DNA of 64,000 bases from Candidatus Binatia bacterium (GTDB lineage: Bacteria; Desulfobacterota; Binatia; Bin18): positions 32,001-96,000 of the forward strand of contig CAXXHG010000022.1 of the NCBI GenBank assembly GCA_963666315.2, in the 5' to 3' direction. The notes beneath the pieces were generated by a model. It made no database searches. It had not been told where the DNA came from and worked only from the letters and a program-made list of their open reading frames with translations. Shown one piece after another: positions 41,996 to 51,970 of this stretch (positions within the stretch are counted from its first letter, which is position 1; every line of letters begins with the position of its first letter). The translations under genes and the position numbers were made by a program.

Positions 41996-43612
41996 ATGAC
42001 TAAACCGAAGACAGACGAAACATCGAGCTTCGATGCAATCGTGATCGGCGCTGGTATTTCTGGCATGTACTTTATCTATCGCCTACGCGAAATGGGAATG
42101 ACGGTACGTGTGTTTGAAGCGGGCAGTGGCGTCGGAGGCACGTGGTATTGGAACCGTTATCCAGGTGCACGCTTCGACTCAGAAAGTTATTCCTATGGCT
42201 ACTCCTTTTCCCAAGAGCTACTTGACGAATGGGAGTGGGGCGAACATTTCGCATCTCAGCCCGAAACGCTGCGGTATCTCAATTATGTCGCGGACAAGTT
42301 CGATTTGAGGCGTGATATACAATTCAATTCACGGGTTGCCGCGGCAACTTACGATTCATCCAACCGCAGCTGGCTCGTAGAAACCGAAAAAGGCGAATCC
42401 GCGTTCGCGCCGTTCCTACTACAAGCGGCGGGGTGCCTCTCCGCCCCTTACATTCCTGATTTTGACGGGGTTGATTCCTTTCGTGGTGAGACCTGGCATA
42501 CCTCGACGTGGCCGCATCATCCGGTAGATTTGAGTGATAAACGCGTCGGCGTGATCGGAACCGGGGCCACCGCGGTACAGATGATTACCGAGGTCGCAAA
42601 AAACGTCGGTGACCTTACCGTGTTCCAACGCACTCCGAACTACTGTAAGCCACTGCGCAACGGCCCCATTGCACCGGACGAACAGCGCGAGATAAAGGCA
42701 AGCTACGCGAAAATTTTTGAGCGGTGCAACAGCACCTTTGGTGGCTTTTTGCATGGTGCAGACGAGCGATGCACGTTCGACGTGAGCAACGAAGAGCGTC
42801 TAGCGTTCTACGAAAGACTGTGGAACGAAAAAGGGTTTGCCTTTTGGTTAGGCGGTTTCAGCGATATTTTGACCGACGAGAAGGCAAATGAAGCAGCCGC
42901 GCAATTCGTGCGAAATAAGATCCGGGACCGAGTTGATGATCCAGAGGTCGCTGAGCTATTGGTACCGACCGATCATGGCTTCGGCACCAAACGCCAGCCC
43001 ATGGAGAGTGGCTACTACGAAGCTTACAACCGCCCGAACGTTCACCTCGTCGATTTGAATACGTCTCCCATCGAAAGGTTTACCGAGGAGGGTATCAAAA
43101 CCAGCGACACCGAGTACCGGTTCGATGTCGTTATTTTCGCGACAGGATTTGATGCAGTAACTGGCGCACTCAATCGAATTAAGATTCGGGGTGAGGCCGG
43201 CGCGATGTTAAAGGACAAGTGGGATAACGGGCCGAGTGCTTTTCTCGGAATGAGCACGGTAGGGTTCCCGAATATGTTTATCACCGGGGGGCCTCATAAT
43301 TCCTCGAGCTTTTGCAATATTCCACGCTGTCTCGAACAAAACATCGAGTGGATCACCAATTGCATCGCCTATATGCGAGCACATGGCTACTCCCGGATCG
43401 AAGCAACTCAAGAGGCTGAGGACGCGTGGACTGAACATGTGCTCGAATCGGCCGATGAAACCCTGCTCACGAAAACGAACTCGTGGTTCATGGGGTCGAA
43501 TATCCCAGGAAAGAAACGCGTCTTCCTTAACTACGTGGGTGGGGTCCCAACATTTCGTGCAAAATGCGACGAGGTTGCGTCGAACGACTATGCCGGTTTT
43601 ATTCTCGAATAG
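41996..43612 (+). CDS. Baeyer-Villiger monooxygenase (cyclohexanone monooxygenase-like)
   Basis: GAGISG, GGTWYWNRYPG, FRGETWHTSTWP fingerprint, ATGF. Confidence 0.95.
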   Translation: MTKPKTDETSSFDAIVIGAGISGMYFIYRLREMGMTVRVFEAGSGVGGTWYWNRYPGARFDSESYSYGYSFSQELLDEWEWGEHFASQPETLRYLNYVADKFDLRRDIQFNSRVAAATYDSSNRSWLVETEKGESAFAPFLLQAAGCLSAPYIPDFDGVDSFRGETWHTSTWPHHPVDLSDKRVGVIGTGATAVQMITEVAKNVGDLTVFQRTPNYCKPLRNGPIAPDEQREIKASYAKIFERCNSTFGGFLHGADERCTFDVSNEERLAFYERLWNEKGFAFWLGGFSDILTDEKANEAAAQFVRNKIRDRVDDPEVAELLVPTDHGFGTKRQPMESGYYEAYNRPNVHLVDLNTSPIERFTEEGIKTSDTEYRFDVVIFATGFDAVTGALNRIKIRGEAGAMLKDKWDNGPSAFLGMSTVGFPNMFITGGPHNSSSFCNIPRCLEQNIEWITNCIAYMRAHGYSRIEATQEAEDAWTEHVLESADETLLTKTNSWFMGSNIPGKKRVFLNYVGGVPTFRAKCDEVASNDYAGFILE

Positions 43613-43671
43613 CCGCTCAGGTTCTACCAAGAAACCAGTTGAGCTACTTATTCCTATCCGCAGCGTAAAAA

Positions 43672-43756
43672 AGAAGGCACCGGGCTTCTTGTTTCTTCCC
43701 CTGCCCCTGCCACAGCCGGGCCAGGCTCGTGGCCGCGCGGAGTTCCCAGGATTTGG
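43672..43756 (-). pseudogene. AC-TPR 3' fragment
   Basis: KSWELRAATSLARLWQGQGKKQEAR. Confidence 0.85.
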
Positions 43757-43762
43757 ATACGT

Positions 43763-44818
43763 TCAGGCGGCTTCGAGGGTCGGCTGCACCTCGCTGCAAA
43801 ACAGGTCGAGTGTCGACTTGGCTTCATCCATCGTTATGTCGCCGGTCGGCGTCTGCAGTACGATGTGATCGACCATTCCATCGTCGATAATCTGACCGAA
43901 GCGGTCGACGATCTTGCTCGGCGAGCCGTGGCCTGCCTCGATCGCGGCATCGATGTGCGCCATGATCCGGCGGAGGGGGCCTAGCGCAGCCTCGGCACCT
44001 TCCGCTCCGAGGACCTCGGCATCCCAGCGATGGACCGCGTGCGCTCGGCGCATGAGGCCTTGCATGCCACGGGTTATAACATCGCGCGCGACCGCTTCGT
44101 CACGATCGATGGCGATCACCATCGTCGCACCGACCGTTGGCTGGTCGTTGGGGCCGTCGAGACGGATCGGGTCGTCCCGGTGAGCGTGCTAGGACTCGAC
44201 GTAGAGGTCGTAGGCGTCTTTGGGGATCGGCCCCGGGAACATCAGCTTGAGCCCGAATCGGCCGGCAGTCGCCGGCCTGCCAGGGTACCAGAACGGGATG
44301 TGCTCTTGCACCGGCCGCGTGGCCATCGGCATTGTCCGGAAGTCGTAGTACTTCGACTCCTCCGAGCTGATCTCGCCGGTCCTTAAGGCGCGAGCGATAA
44401 TACCGAGGACATCCTCGAATCGATCGGTCGCCGTCGGCCAGTCGCTCCCGAGCCAGTAGTGCTCGATGGGCGCAACGCCGCGCCCGACGCCGAACGCGAG
44501 GCGCCCCGCGGTCAAGTTGTCAAGCACACACAAATCTTCGATGAGCTGCACCGGATGATGGAGCGGGAGCAGCTTGACCATGGGTCCCATGCGGATCGTT
44601 GTGGTGATCTGCGACGCGGCCGCGATGACCAGATCCTGATTGGGTGCCATGCAGAGATCGGTGCCGTGATGCTCGGCGAGATAGAAGCCGGTGAACCCTG
44701 CTTGGTCAGCCATCCGTACCAAGTCTAGCCGGTCGCGAAACAGCTGCTGCGTGCTCGTGCCGGGGATGCCCTCGATGTGGTCAAAAATGCCGAATGTTGG
44801 GGTGTTCACGGTAGTCAC
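43763..44818 (-). pseudogene. LLM oxidoreductase with in-frame TAG (44189-44191)
   Basis: YLAEHH, GRLAFGVGRG; reading frame continues past the stop to LFCSEVQPTL. Confidence 0.85.
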
Positions 44819-44994
44819 CTATCTGGTTAGTAGCCGAGCTGGTCTGGGCGTATTGCGCCCATCCCGTGCCTCCGGCTGACGGACTTTGCTCTTTCTAACA
44901 CATCTGCTTTTGCAGGGCGCCCCTCCGCTTCGACCTGACCCGATTCCAAGGTGGGCAGGGCTTCTGCAATATATACAGGAAGATAGGAACCCAT

Positions 44995-45023
44995 TTGACA
45001 ACATTACCACAGCAGAGTATAAT
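44995..45023 (+). promoter_or_regulatory. Consensus sigma70 promoter
   Basis: TTGACA-17 bp-TATAAT exactly. Confidence 0.85.
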
Positions 45024-45030
45024 GGGCAGA

Positions 45031-45213
45031 ATGGTACAGAAGCGGCCAGCGACGCCACCAAGCAAGAAGTTGATTGTCGATATGCCTGCCGATTTGCATA
45101 GGTCCCTGAAACTCTATGCGGTCCAGAATGACCGGACAATCCGAGAAATCGTCATTGAGGCGATTGAAGCAACCATAAGCGGCAAAAGCCGCACCAAACG
45201 TAAGAAGAGTTAA
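45031..45213 (+). CDS. Small ribbon-helix-helix (ParG/CopG-like) DNA-binding protein
   Basis: KKLIVDMPADLHRSLKLYAVQNDRTIREIVIEAI. Confidence 0.8.
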   Translation: MVQKRPATPPSKKLIVDMPADLHRSLKLYAVQNDRTIREIVIEAIEATISGKSRTKRKKS

Positions 45214-45393
45214 ATCGGGCAGTCAGTGCCCGTGTTGTGAGGTTCATACCTCTCCGTTGAACGACTACTTTCCATCGGTGAGGCTTTTCGTATTGTGCCA
45301 CTTCCGGCCACCAAGGAGCACGGAGAGGAGTGAGTATGGAGAAAGAGGATAACAACCCAGGACGAAATTCTAGGTACAGGAAGGAGTAAGTGT

Positions 45394-46578
45394 ATGGCAC
45401 AAAACGGAACATGGAAGCGGATAGAGCCGCAGCTTTATCGCTTAAAACACCAAACCCCAACTGGCGAATGGACCACCCGCTACTACGCGCGCTTTAAGGA
45501 TTGGAAAGGCGTGAATCGGAAGGTTCCGGCCGGCACTGATCTGCGCGGCGCGAGAACAAAGAAAAAGCTGCTGCTTGGCGAAAATGCGCGCCACGTGGAT
45601 TTCGATACGTAGAAAACCCGCGCCACCACGTTAGCGCAATGGGCTGAGGTCTACCTGGACCGGTATGCTAAGGATAAACGTTCCATTTTAGAAGATCGCC
45701 GCCACGTCCGCGTGCTCATCGAGTTCTTTGGCAATGCGCTCTTATCGCAAATCACAGCGGGGAAGATTAACGACTTCAAGCAAGTCCGGAAAGACCGACT
45801 GACCTAGCGCGGTGATCCCGTCAGTGTCTCATACTGTAACCGGGAACTCGCCTGTCTACGCCACCTCCTGAAACTCGCAGAGGAGAAAGACCTGATCGAC
45901 AAAGCTCCTATGGTTCGTTTGCATCAAGGGGAGAACAGCCGAGATATTGCACTCTCGACTGAGGAGTACCAGCGGATTCTAACGCTTGCTCCGGCGCACC
46001 TTCAACGGATAATGCTCTGCGCCTATGAGACAGGGATGCGCTCTCGGGAAATCGCGGACTTGACCTGGGACAAAGTGGACATGGAGGCTGGCGTTATTCG
46101 TTTAGGAACGGTAGACACCAAGACGAAACACAAGCGTATCATCCCCATCCCCCTACCCTGCGGACTGTGCTTACGGAGATCCGGGCGAGCCAACGCCAGG
46201 GCAAGGTGGCCCCGATCAGCGGACATGTCTTTACCTGGAAGGGAAAAGCGTTCAGCAGGCAGGGCTGGAAGCGGTCGTGGAAAACGGCATGTACCAAAGG
46301 CGGATTAGTAGGACGTACATTTCCATGACCTGCGCCATACCTTTGTGACCCGAAAAGTGCGGGAGGGCTGGGACTACAAGCGGATCATGGCAATAACGGG
46401 CCATAAGACATTCTCTGTTTTCCAACGCTACAACAACCCGTCAGAGGATGACATTAAAGAAGTCGTGTCGGCATCCCGCCCAAAAAGAACGTCGGCAGAG
46501 CACGTTCGTTGGCAAACTGTTGGCAAACGACCTATGAGTCCTTCCACACCCATCCGGCCTATTGCGCTAAGTCTCTGA
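45394..46578 (+). pseudogene. Tyrosine recombinase/integrase of island A (stops at 45610 and 45805; frameshifts ~46150 and ~46305)
   Basis: NRELACLRH, ETGMR, FHDLRH, TGHKT, QRY. Confidence 0.92.
46509..46530. repeat. Putative arm-type site, island A right
   Basis: Identical to 386-407. Confidence 0.8.
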
Positions 46579-46598
46579 ATCAAAAGGGAAAAGAAAAG

Positions 46599-46673
46599 TG
46601 CGCCCTGGAAGATTCGAACTTCCGACCTACAGATTCGTAGTCTGCCGCTCTATCCAGACTGAGCTAAGGGCGC
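46599..46673 (-). tRNA. tRNA-Arg(ACG)
   Basis: gcgcccttagctcagtctggatagagcggcagactACGaatctgtaggtcggaagttcgaatcttccagggcgca folds as a full cloverleaf; CCA not encoded. Confidence 0.96.
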
Positions 46674-46721
46674 GTAATGAAATCAAGTACTTACAGGGGT
46701 TGCCCGATGGCGCTTGATTGC

Positions 46722-46742
46722 GAGTAGAAACAGAGTAGAAAT
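46722..46742. repeat. Putative arm-type site, island B left
   Basis: gagtagaaacagagtagaaat, identical to 57071-57091. Confidence 0.8.
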
Positions 46743-46870
46743 TTTCTGTCCCATAAGTCTCTTCATGGTACAGACTCACACCGAATTCATCAAGCGCGGG
46801 ATCACTGGTGTGAGAGGCGCCAACGCTCTCAAGGAGCCTCAGCGTGCGTCTGCAACTGCTAAACGCGGGG

Positions 46871-49663
46871 TTAGCTTACTTTCCGCCTCGGAGGAGGGCC
46901 TTCAACAACTTCGCGCAGATCATCCTCACTCGGGTTGTTGTATCGCTGAAAAACAGAGAACGTCTTATGGCCCGTGATCGCCATGATCCGCTTGTAGTCC
47001 CAGCCCTCCCGCACTTTTCGGGTCACAAAGGTATGGCGCAGGTCATGGAAATGTACGTCCTCTAACTTTGCCTTTCGGCACGCGGTATTGAACGCCCGCT
47101 TCCAGCCTTCGGTCATGCGTTTTCCGCCCCAGGTGAAGACCTGGCCCCCGATCGGCGCGACCTTGCCTTCCCGCTGCTCTGTGCGAATCCCCTCCAGCAC
47201 TTCCCGGCAGACGGCAGAGATCGGTATCGCCCGCTTATAACTTGTCTTCGTGTCCTCTGTCGCCAGACGAATAAAGCCCGAGGCAAAGTCGACCTTGTCC
47301 CAGGTCAGCTCTTTGATCTCGCCGGACCGCATGCCGGTCTCATAGGTGCAGACGAGAATCCGCCGCAGATGTGCAGGCGCGCACGCAAGTAGGCTCTCGT
47401 ACTCGTCTTCAGACAATGTTCTCTCCCGGGCGTTATCTTCCTGATGGAGTTTCACGATGGGCGCCGAGTCCAAAATACCCTCTTCCGCCGCCAGGCGCAG
47501 GAGATGCCGCAGACAGGCGAGTTCACGATTGCAGTACGCCGCACTTACCGGGTGCCCACGCACTGTCTGACGGGATTTCCTGAGCTGTTTGAATTCCTCC
47601 ACGCGTGATCGGGTAACGCTGGAGAGCAGCACCGGACCGAAGAAGTCGCCGACGCGGTTCTCACTACTTGCAGCGATAACCGCGTCACCCGGGTAATACA
47701 GCACCGACTCTGCCATCAGCGTCATGTCCGTAACCGTCACGGTACCATCTCTGTTCATATCTTTCTGGAGTGGCCAGTCGCGTTGGCCGGTCAGCACCCC
47801 CCACCGGCTCTCCGCTTCTTCGTCGCCCCGGTCCGCAGCTTTGCGATACCATTCTGCCGCTTGCTGTCGATCACGCGGGACGCCGCGTCCGTATTCAGAC
47901 AGCAGTCCGAGGTTATAGTGCGCTTCCACGTTTTCGTGGTACGCGGCCTTGGAAAACCACTGCCTTGCGAGCTGATAATCCTGCGGCACCCCCTGACCAT
48001 GCAAATACATAGTGGCTAAGGAGACCTGTGCATTGACTTGGCCTTGCTCGCCCGCCTTGCGGTACCACGCCGCTGCATCACGGTAGTTCTCGACGACGCC
48101 GTAGCCCGCATAATACGCATCCCCCAGATCCCACTGTGCGTCTGCATGCCCTTGGTCGGCGGCTTTACGGTACCATTTGATTGCTTCGGGATAGTCTTGC
48201 GGGACGCCGTAGGCCTGGAAGTACATCGTGCCGAGTATATATTGCGCTTGTGCGTGTCCTTGGTCTGCCGCTTTGCGGTACCAGTGCACCGCTTCAAGAT
48301 CGTCCGTCTCCGCGATGAGGCCGAGAGAGTACACTTCCCCCAACAAAAACTGGGCCGTTGCCAGACCCTGGTCCGCCGCCTTACGATACCATTTTGCCGC
48401 CGCCACAAAATCTTCCGGCACCCCGAGACCCTCAGAGTATATCCGGCCTAATGAGAACTGCGCCTTGGCATGTCCTTGACCTGCAGCTTTGGCATACCAC
48501 TTGTGTGCTTCTTGAGCACTCTGCGTCACACCGTACCCCCGCCAGTACAGGTAGCCTAGGCTGTACTGCGCTGCAGCATCCCCTCGATCCGCGGCCTTCC
48601 GTGTCCACTTGGCTGCTTCTTCATAATCCTGTGCTACGCCGTGGCCCTCAGCGTAGATTTGGCCCAGAACATATTGGGCCTCGGCGTCGTCCTGGTCTGC
48701 GGCCCTGTGGTACCATTTCTGCGCTTCGGCATGATCCTGCACGACTCGGTAGCCGCTGTGGTACATATCACCCAAGCTGCGTTGCGCCACGACGTAGCCC
48801 TGCTCTGCCGCTTTGCGGTGCCACTGCAGTGACTCTTCGGCGTTCGGCTCGACACCCTGCCCGTCGGCATACATTGCGGCCAATGTGAGCTGCGCTTGGC
48901 CACTCCCTTGATCTGCCGCTTTGCGGTACCACTTCCGCGCTTCCGCGTAATCCTGCTCGACGCCGTGGCCCGCCATGTACAGATTCCCCAGGTTGTATTG
49001 CGCCGTCGCGTTCCCCTGGTCAGCGGCTTTGCGGTACCACCTCTCCGCCGTTTGATAATTCTGCTCGAGGCCTTGGCCGTGGTCGTACAGATAACCCAAG
49101 GCGAGCTGCGCCGTAGCATCGCCTTGGGCGGCGGCTTTACGGTACCACAGCGCGGCTTCCTGGCAATCCTGCGTCACGCCCCGGCCTTTGTCGTAGAGAA
49201 CGCCCAGGTAACTCTGCGCTTCCTTTTCGCCTTGGTCGGCGGCCTTGCGATACCACTTTGCGGCGGTAGGAAAGTCCTGCGGCACGCCGTAACCCAGTTG
49301 GTATAAGTGACCTAGATTGGTCTGCGCCAAGTCCATGCCCTGGGCCGCAGATTTACGGTACCACTTGAGTGCTTCCTGAAAGTCTTGCTCGACGCCTCGG
49401 CCTTCGGCGTGCATGAATCCGACCCAGAACTCCGCATCGGCCTCTCCCTGGTCCGCGGCCTTGCGCCACCAGTGCAGAGCTGCCGCATCGTCTTGCGGAC
49501 CTCTGGTGCCGGCGTAGTGGACATACCCCATCATGACCTGCGCGGAGGCCTCACCCTTGGTGGCCCTCTCCTGAAGGTCTGCGAAACGGTCAGCCAGCGT
49601 CAGAACGGGGCTGAGCAACAATCCACACGTCAGAGACAGTATTCCTGTCTGCCGAATGTTCAT
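46871..49663 (-). CDS. Fusion ORF: signal peptide + 16 Sel1-like repeats + DxNxDG loop + tyrosine recombinase core/catalytic domain
   Basis: 16 WYRKAAxQG-type repeats; ETGMR, TKT, HDLRH, GH and RY intact in the same frame; junction at FFG ~47640. Confidence 0.85.
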   Translation of the reverse strand: MNIRQTGILSLTCGLLLSPVLTLADRFADLQERATKGEASAQVMMGYVHYAGTRGPQDDAAALHWWRKAADQGEADAEFWVGFMHAEGRGVEQDFQEALKWYRKSAAQGMDLAQTNLGHLYQLGYGVPQDFPTAAKWYRKAADQGEKEAQSYLGVLYDKGRGVTQDCQEAALWYRKAAAQGDATAQLALGYLYDHGQGLEQNYQTAERWYRKAADQGNATAQYNLGNLYMAGHGVEQDYAEARKWYRKAADQGSGQAQLTLAAMYADGQGVEPNAEESLQWHRKAAEQGYVVAQRSLGDMYHSGYRVVQDHAEAQKWYHRAADQDDAEAQYVLGQIYAEGHGVAQDYEEAAKWTRKAADRGDAAAQYSLGYLYWRGYGVTQSAQEAHKWYAKAAGQGHAKAQFSLGRIYSEGLGVPEDFVAAAKWYRKAADQGLATAQFLLGEVYSLGLIAETDDLEAVHWYRKAADQGHAQAQYILGTMYFQAYGVPQDYPEAIKWYRKAADQGHADAQWDLGDAYYAGYGVVENYRDAAAWYRKAGEQGQVNAQVSLATMYLHGQGVPQDYQLARQWFSKAAYHENVEAHYNLGLLSEYGRGVPRDRQQAAEWYRKAADRGDEEAESRWGVLTGQRDWPLQKDMNRDGTVTVTDMTLMAESVLYYPGDAVIAASSENRVGDFFGPVLLSSVTRSRVEEFKQLRKSRQTVRGHPVSAAYCNRELACLRHLLRLAAEEGILDSAPIVKLHQEDNARERTLSEDEYESLLACAPAHLRRILVCTYETGMRSGEIKELTWDKVDFASGFIRLATEDTKTSYKRAIPISAVCREVLEGIRTEQREGKVAPIGGQVFTWGGKRMTEGWKRAFNTACRKAKLEDVHFHDLRHTFVTRKVREGWDYKRIMAITGHKTFSVFQRYNNPSEDDLREVVEGPPPRRKVS

Positions 49664-49706
49664 CAGGTTGGCCCGTCTTCCGGAGGCTGCGTATGCTCTG
49701 TGAGAC

Positions 49707-51437
49707 TCAGAGTGGCGCCTCCAACAAAGTTTTGAAAAAACCCTTTGCCGCCTGAATTTCTTTGAGCAGGTCTTGCCGATTATCCAGTAACGTCTCCTTT
49801 GGAATCGCATCAAAATTCGGCATTTCCAACTTCTTAGCCAGATGCTCCATATTATCCTCGGTCAGAACGGTTTCCATATCTTCTAGTCTGGCCAGCCACG
49901 TTGCGGCAATTGTTCTGGATTGGGCGCTTTGCGCAATGCCCGGGCGGTCCTTGAGGCTCACATAGATCGGGGCGGAATGCACAAGACTCGTGGGTTTGAA
50001 GGAACTCCAATATAAAGGAGTCGCCATCGTATTTTCTTTGGGCTTCTCTCCGTAGCCGCGCACGGCGAACCAGGACGCTTCATTCACCAGATGACGAGCG
50101 CTGAATTCGATTCTGTCTGCACCCTTAACCCGGGAAAAGCGCTTGATCACATTACCGTTGTGCACAATTTCAACAATCGACAGATCATCCCTCTCAGGAT
50201 CAAACACCACACGGCCTGTGAGCTGCACCGAAGTGGCCTGCTCAAGTACGATGTCACTGCCTATCTCTTGGCCATTGACCTGAAACTCGACCAGCGGACC
50301 TGTTGTGACAAAGGTGCGGCCTTTGCGCACTCCTTCCAGCCAATTCGCGTAGGTTAATGGACCCTCGACTTTGGTATAAAAGCGCTCATGACCAGGGATG
50401 GTTTGTCCGCCACACGGATAGTCCGTCCCCGCTGTGGGAGTCACTCGGAAACCCAGCCCGAGAACATCGTACCAGGTCTCATAATCACTCCGATTAAATT
50501 GCAACACCTCCACAAAATGCAGCAGATTATGGGGCAGGACCACCGCCATACCATCGTGAGGAGCAACAACAGAACCGTTTGGAAGATAGGCATGGGCAAA
50601 TCCATTGATTGCCCCTTGCTTTACTGTTTCCTGCCACAGCAAACGATAAATGAGATATTTCTCAGGGCTGTGGTGAGCGGTGTCTGCGCCCAGCGTAATC
50701 GTGTGCCCCAGAAAGTGGCTGCGAGGATTTTCCTGGCCGGCTGCCAAGATGTAATCGCCCTCCTGATAATGGCTGTCCGGGCCATGGGCATGCTGCAGGG
50801 CAATGGTGAAATTCTTGACCTTGCCCATTTGCAGCAGGTTGGCCACATGAATGTCTTCGGCCTGCATCATTTTGGAGATATACGGATTCAGCTCTGGGTC
50901 AGGTCTTGGGATATGCAAATGATCATCCGAACTATACCAGCCGTTTTGCGGCAGGTTGCTCCAGCGGGTGAGTTCTATAGTGTGCTGGACCGTTTCTGCG
51001 GCTTTGATCTCTACCGTACCACTACCCACTCTGTATTCGGGACCTTTGAACACTGTGATAGTAGCCGCACCGGTTGGCAGCGGAATCGATGACTTTCCAT
51101 TGCTATAGAACTGGGTAGACTGCGTATACGGATTGTCGAGTCTGTCAGAAAAACCCGCCAGTGTGGACGCCAGGTCCACATACCCCGCGCCTTGATCACT
51201 CATGTCACAATCGCCACCAACCAGCAGCGCGTCCTCGGCAACATGATGCGTCCCATCTGCAGCGTGAATTTCCACTCGTGCAGGGATAGACTCCCCGGTG
51301 ACAGCGTCCGTGATCTTCAGCTGTAAGGTCCCCGTTGGCTCAGTGGCGAAGAGAGGAGTTGAGAACGCACCCAGTACGCACAAGAGCAATGCCACGATTG
51401 AAGGCGTCCGATATGGGAACCATTTCGCTGCGTACAT
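49707..51437 (-). CDS. Secreted CehA/McbA-family (PHP-like) metallohydrolase
   Basis: Signal peptide, GWYSSDDHLH, FAH, AGTD, GRTFVTTGP. Confidence 0.8.
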   Translation of the reverse strand: MYAAKWFPYRTPSIVALLLCVLGAFSTPLFATEPTGTLQLKITDAVTGESIPARVEIHAADGTHHVAEDALLVGGDCDMSDQGAGYVDLASTLAGFSDRLDNPYTQSTQFYSNGKSSIPLPTGAATITVFKGPEYRVGSGTVEIKAAETVQHTIELTRWSNLPQNGWYSSDDHLHIPRPDPELNPYISKMMQAEDIHVANLLQMGKVKNFTIALQHAHGPDSHYQEGDYILAAGQENPRSHFLGHTITLGADTAHHSPEKYLIYRLLWQETVKQGAINGFAHAYLPNGSVVAPHDGMAVVLPHNLLHFVEVLQFNRSDYETWYDVLGLGFRVTPTAGTDYPCGGQTIPGHERFYTKVEGPLTYANWLEGVRKGRTFVTTGPLVEFQVNGQEIGSDIVLEQATSVQLTGRVVFDPERDDLSIVEIVHNGNVIKRFSRVKGADRIEFSARHLVNEASWFAVRGYGEKPKENTMATPLYWSSFKPTSLVHSAPIYVSLKDRPGIAQSAQSRTIAATWLARLEDMETVLTEDNMEHLAKKLEMPNFDAIPKETLLDNRQDLLKEIQAAKGFFKTLLEAPL

Positions 51438-51700
51438 GATCTCCCCCCTTTTGACCGTACTGTGTATCAACTGTCCGCGTAACACGCCAGCAGAAACGTT
51501 GGTTCGTACGTGTCTCTGACTTTATCTAGTTGATCACGCAGGCGCGTGGATGGCGGCGTACCGGACGAAGGACAACTCAACGGAGAGAAGAAAGCGAAGT
51601 TAAATACGGCCACGTACGCTGCCTTTTGATAAACCAACAGCCACCAGCCGATTTAGGACAGAAATGGCCCGAAGGAGGAACTCCCTAAGCCACTGGACTC

Positions 51701-51762
51701 TAAGGAGAAAAGGAGTGGAGCCAATGAGAATTGAACTCACGACCACTTGAATGCCATTCAAG
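51701..51762 (-). repeat. 3' fragment of tRNA-Ala(GGC) plus tail (relic att site)
   Basis: 57/59 identical to 817-875 in inverted orientation; complete anticodon arm cttga-atGGCat-tcaag; no D arm or 5' strand. Confidence 0.8.
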
Positions 51763-51970
51763 TGGCGGCTGCGACACCTGCCTACTCCTGCCTAACAAAC
51801 CCAGTCATTTTAGCGCCCGCCTCGTTTTTTGTTATGCAGTGATTGGTTTACGTAGGCTGCAGTACACTGACAAAAGGCGGACAATGACCGTCTCAGTCGG
51901 ATTGAAGTGAATACGCCTGTACATTGGGCTACGATAATTCCTTTGCCAAAGCTATGCACCGTTGTATACA

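Larger units (their letters stand above)
243..46599. mobile_element. Genomic island A (~46 kb), tyrosine-recombinase type, integrated in tRNA-Arg(ACG)
   Basis: tRNA 3'-half direct repeat at both ends, integrase pseudogene at 45394-46578, same 22-bp arm-type repeat near both ends. Confidence 0.88.

Noticed and set aside
8777-45807. Stop-codon recoding (amber read-through) to explain in-frame stops
   Set aside because: The stops are a mix of TAA and TAG, replace different residues (Tyr, Trp, others), co-occur with frameshifts, and TAG ends many normal genes here.
243-46599. Classical integron or prophage
   Set aside because: No consistent attC hairpins, no recognisable IntI-specific features, mixed gene orientation, and no phage structural or replication genes.
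47780-49560. 108-bp periodic DNA repeats as a CRISPR array or DGR
   Set aside because: They are degenerate in-frame Sel1 coding repeats. No spacers, cas genes or reverse transcriptase were seen.
49664-49813. N-terminal extension of the 980-aa ORF
   Set aside because: It overlaps the upstream gene. The ATG at 49663 gives a proper signal peptide.
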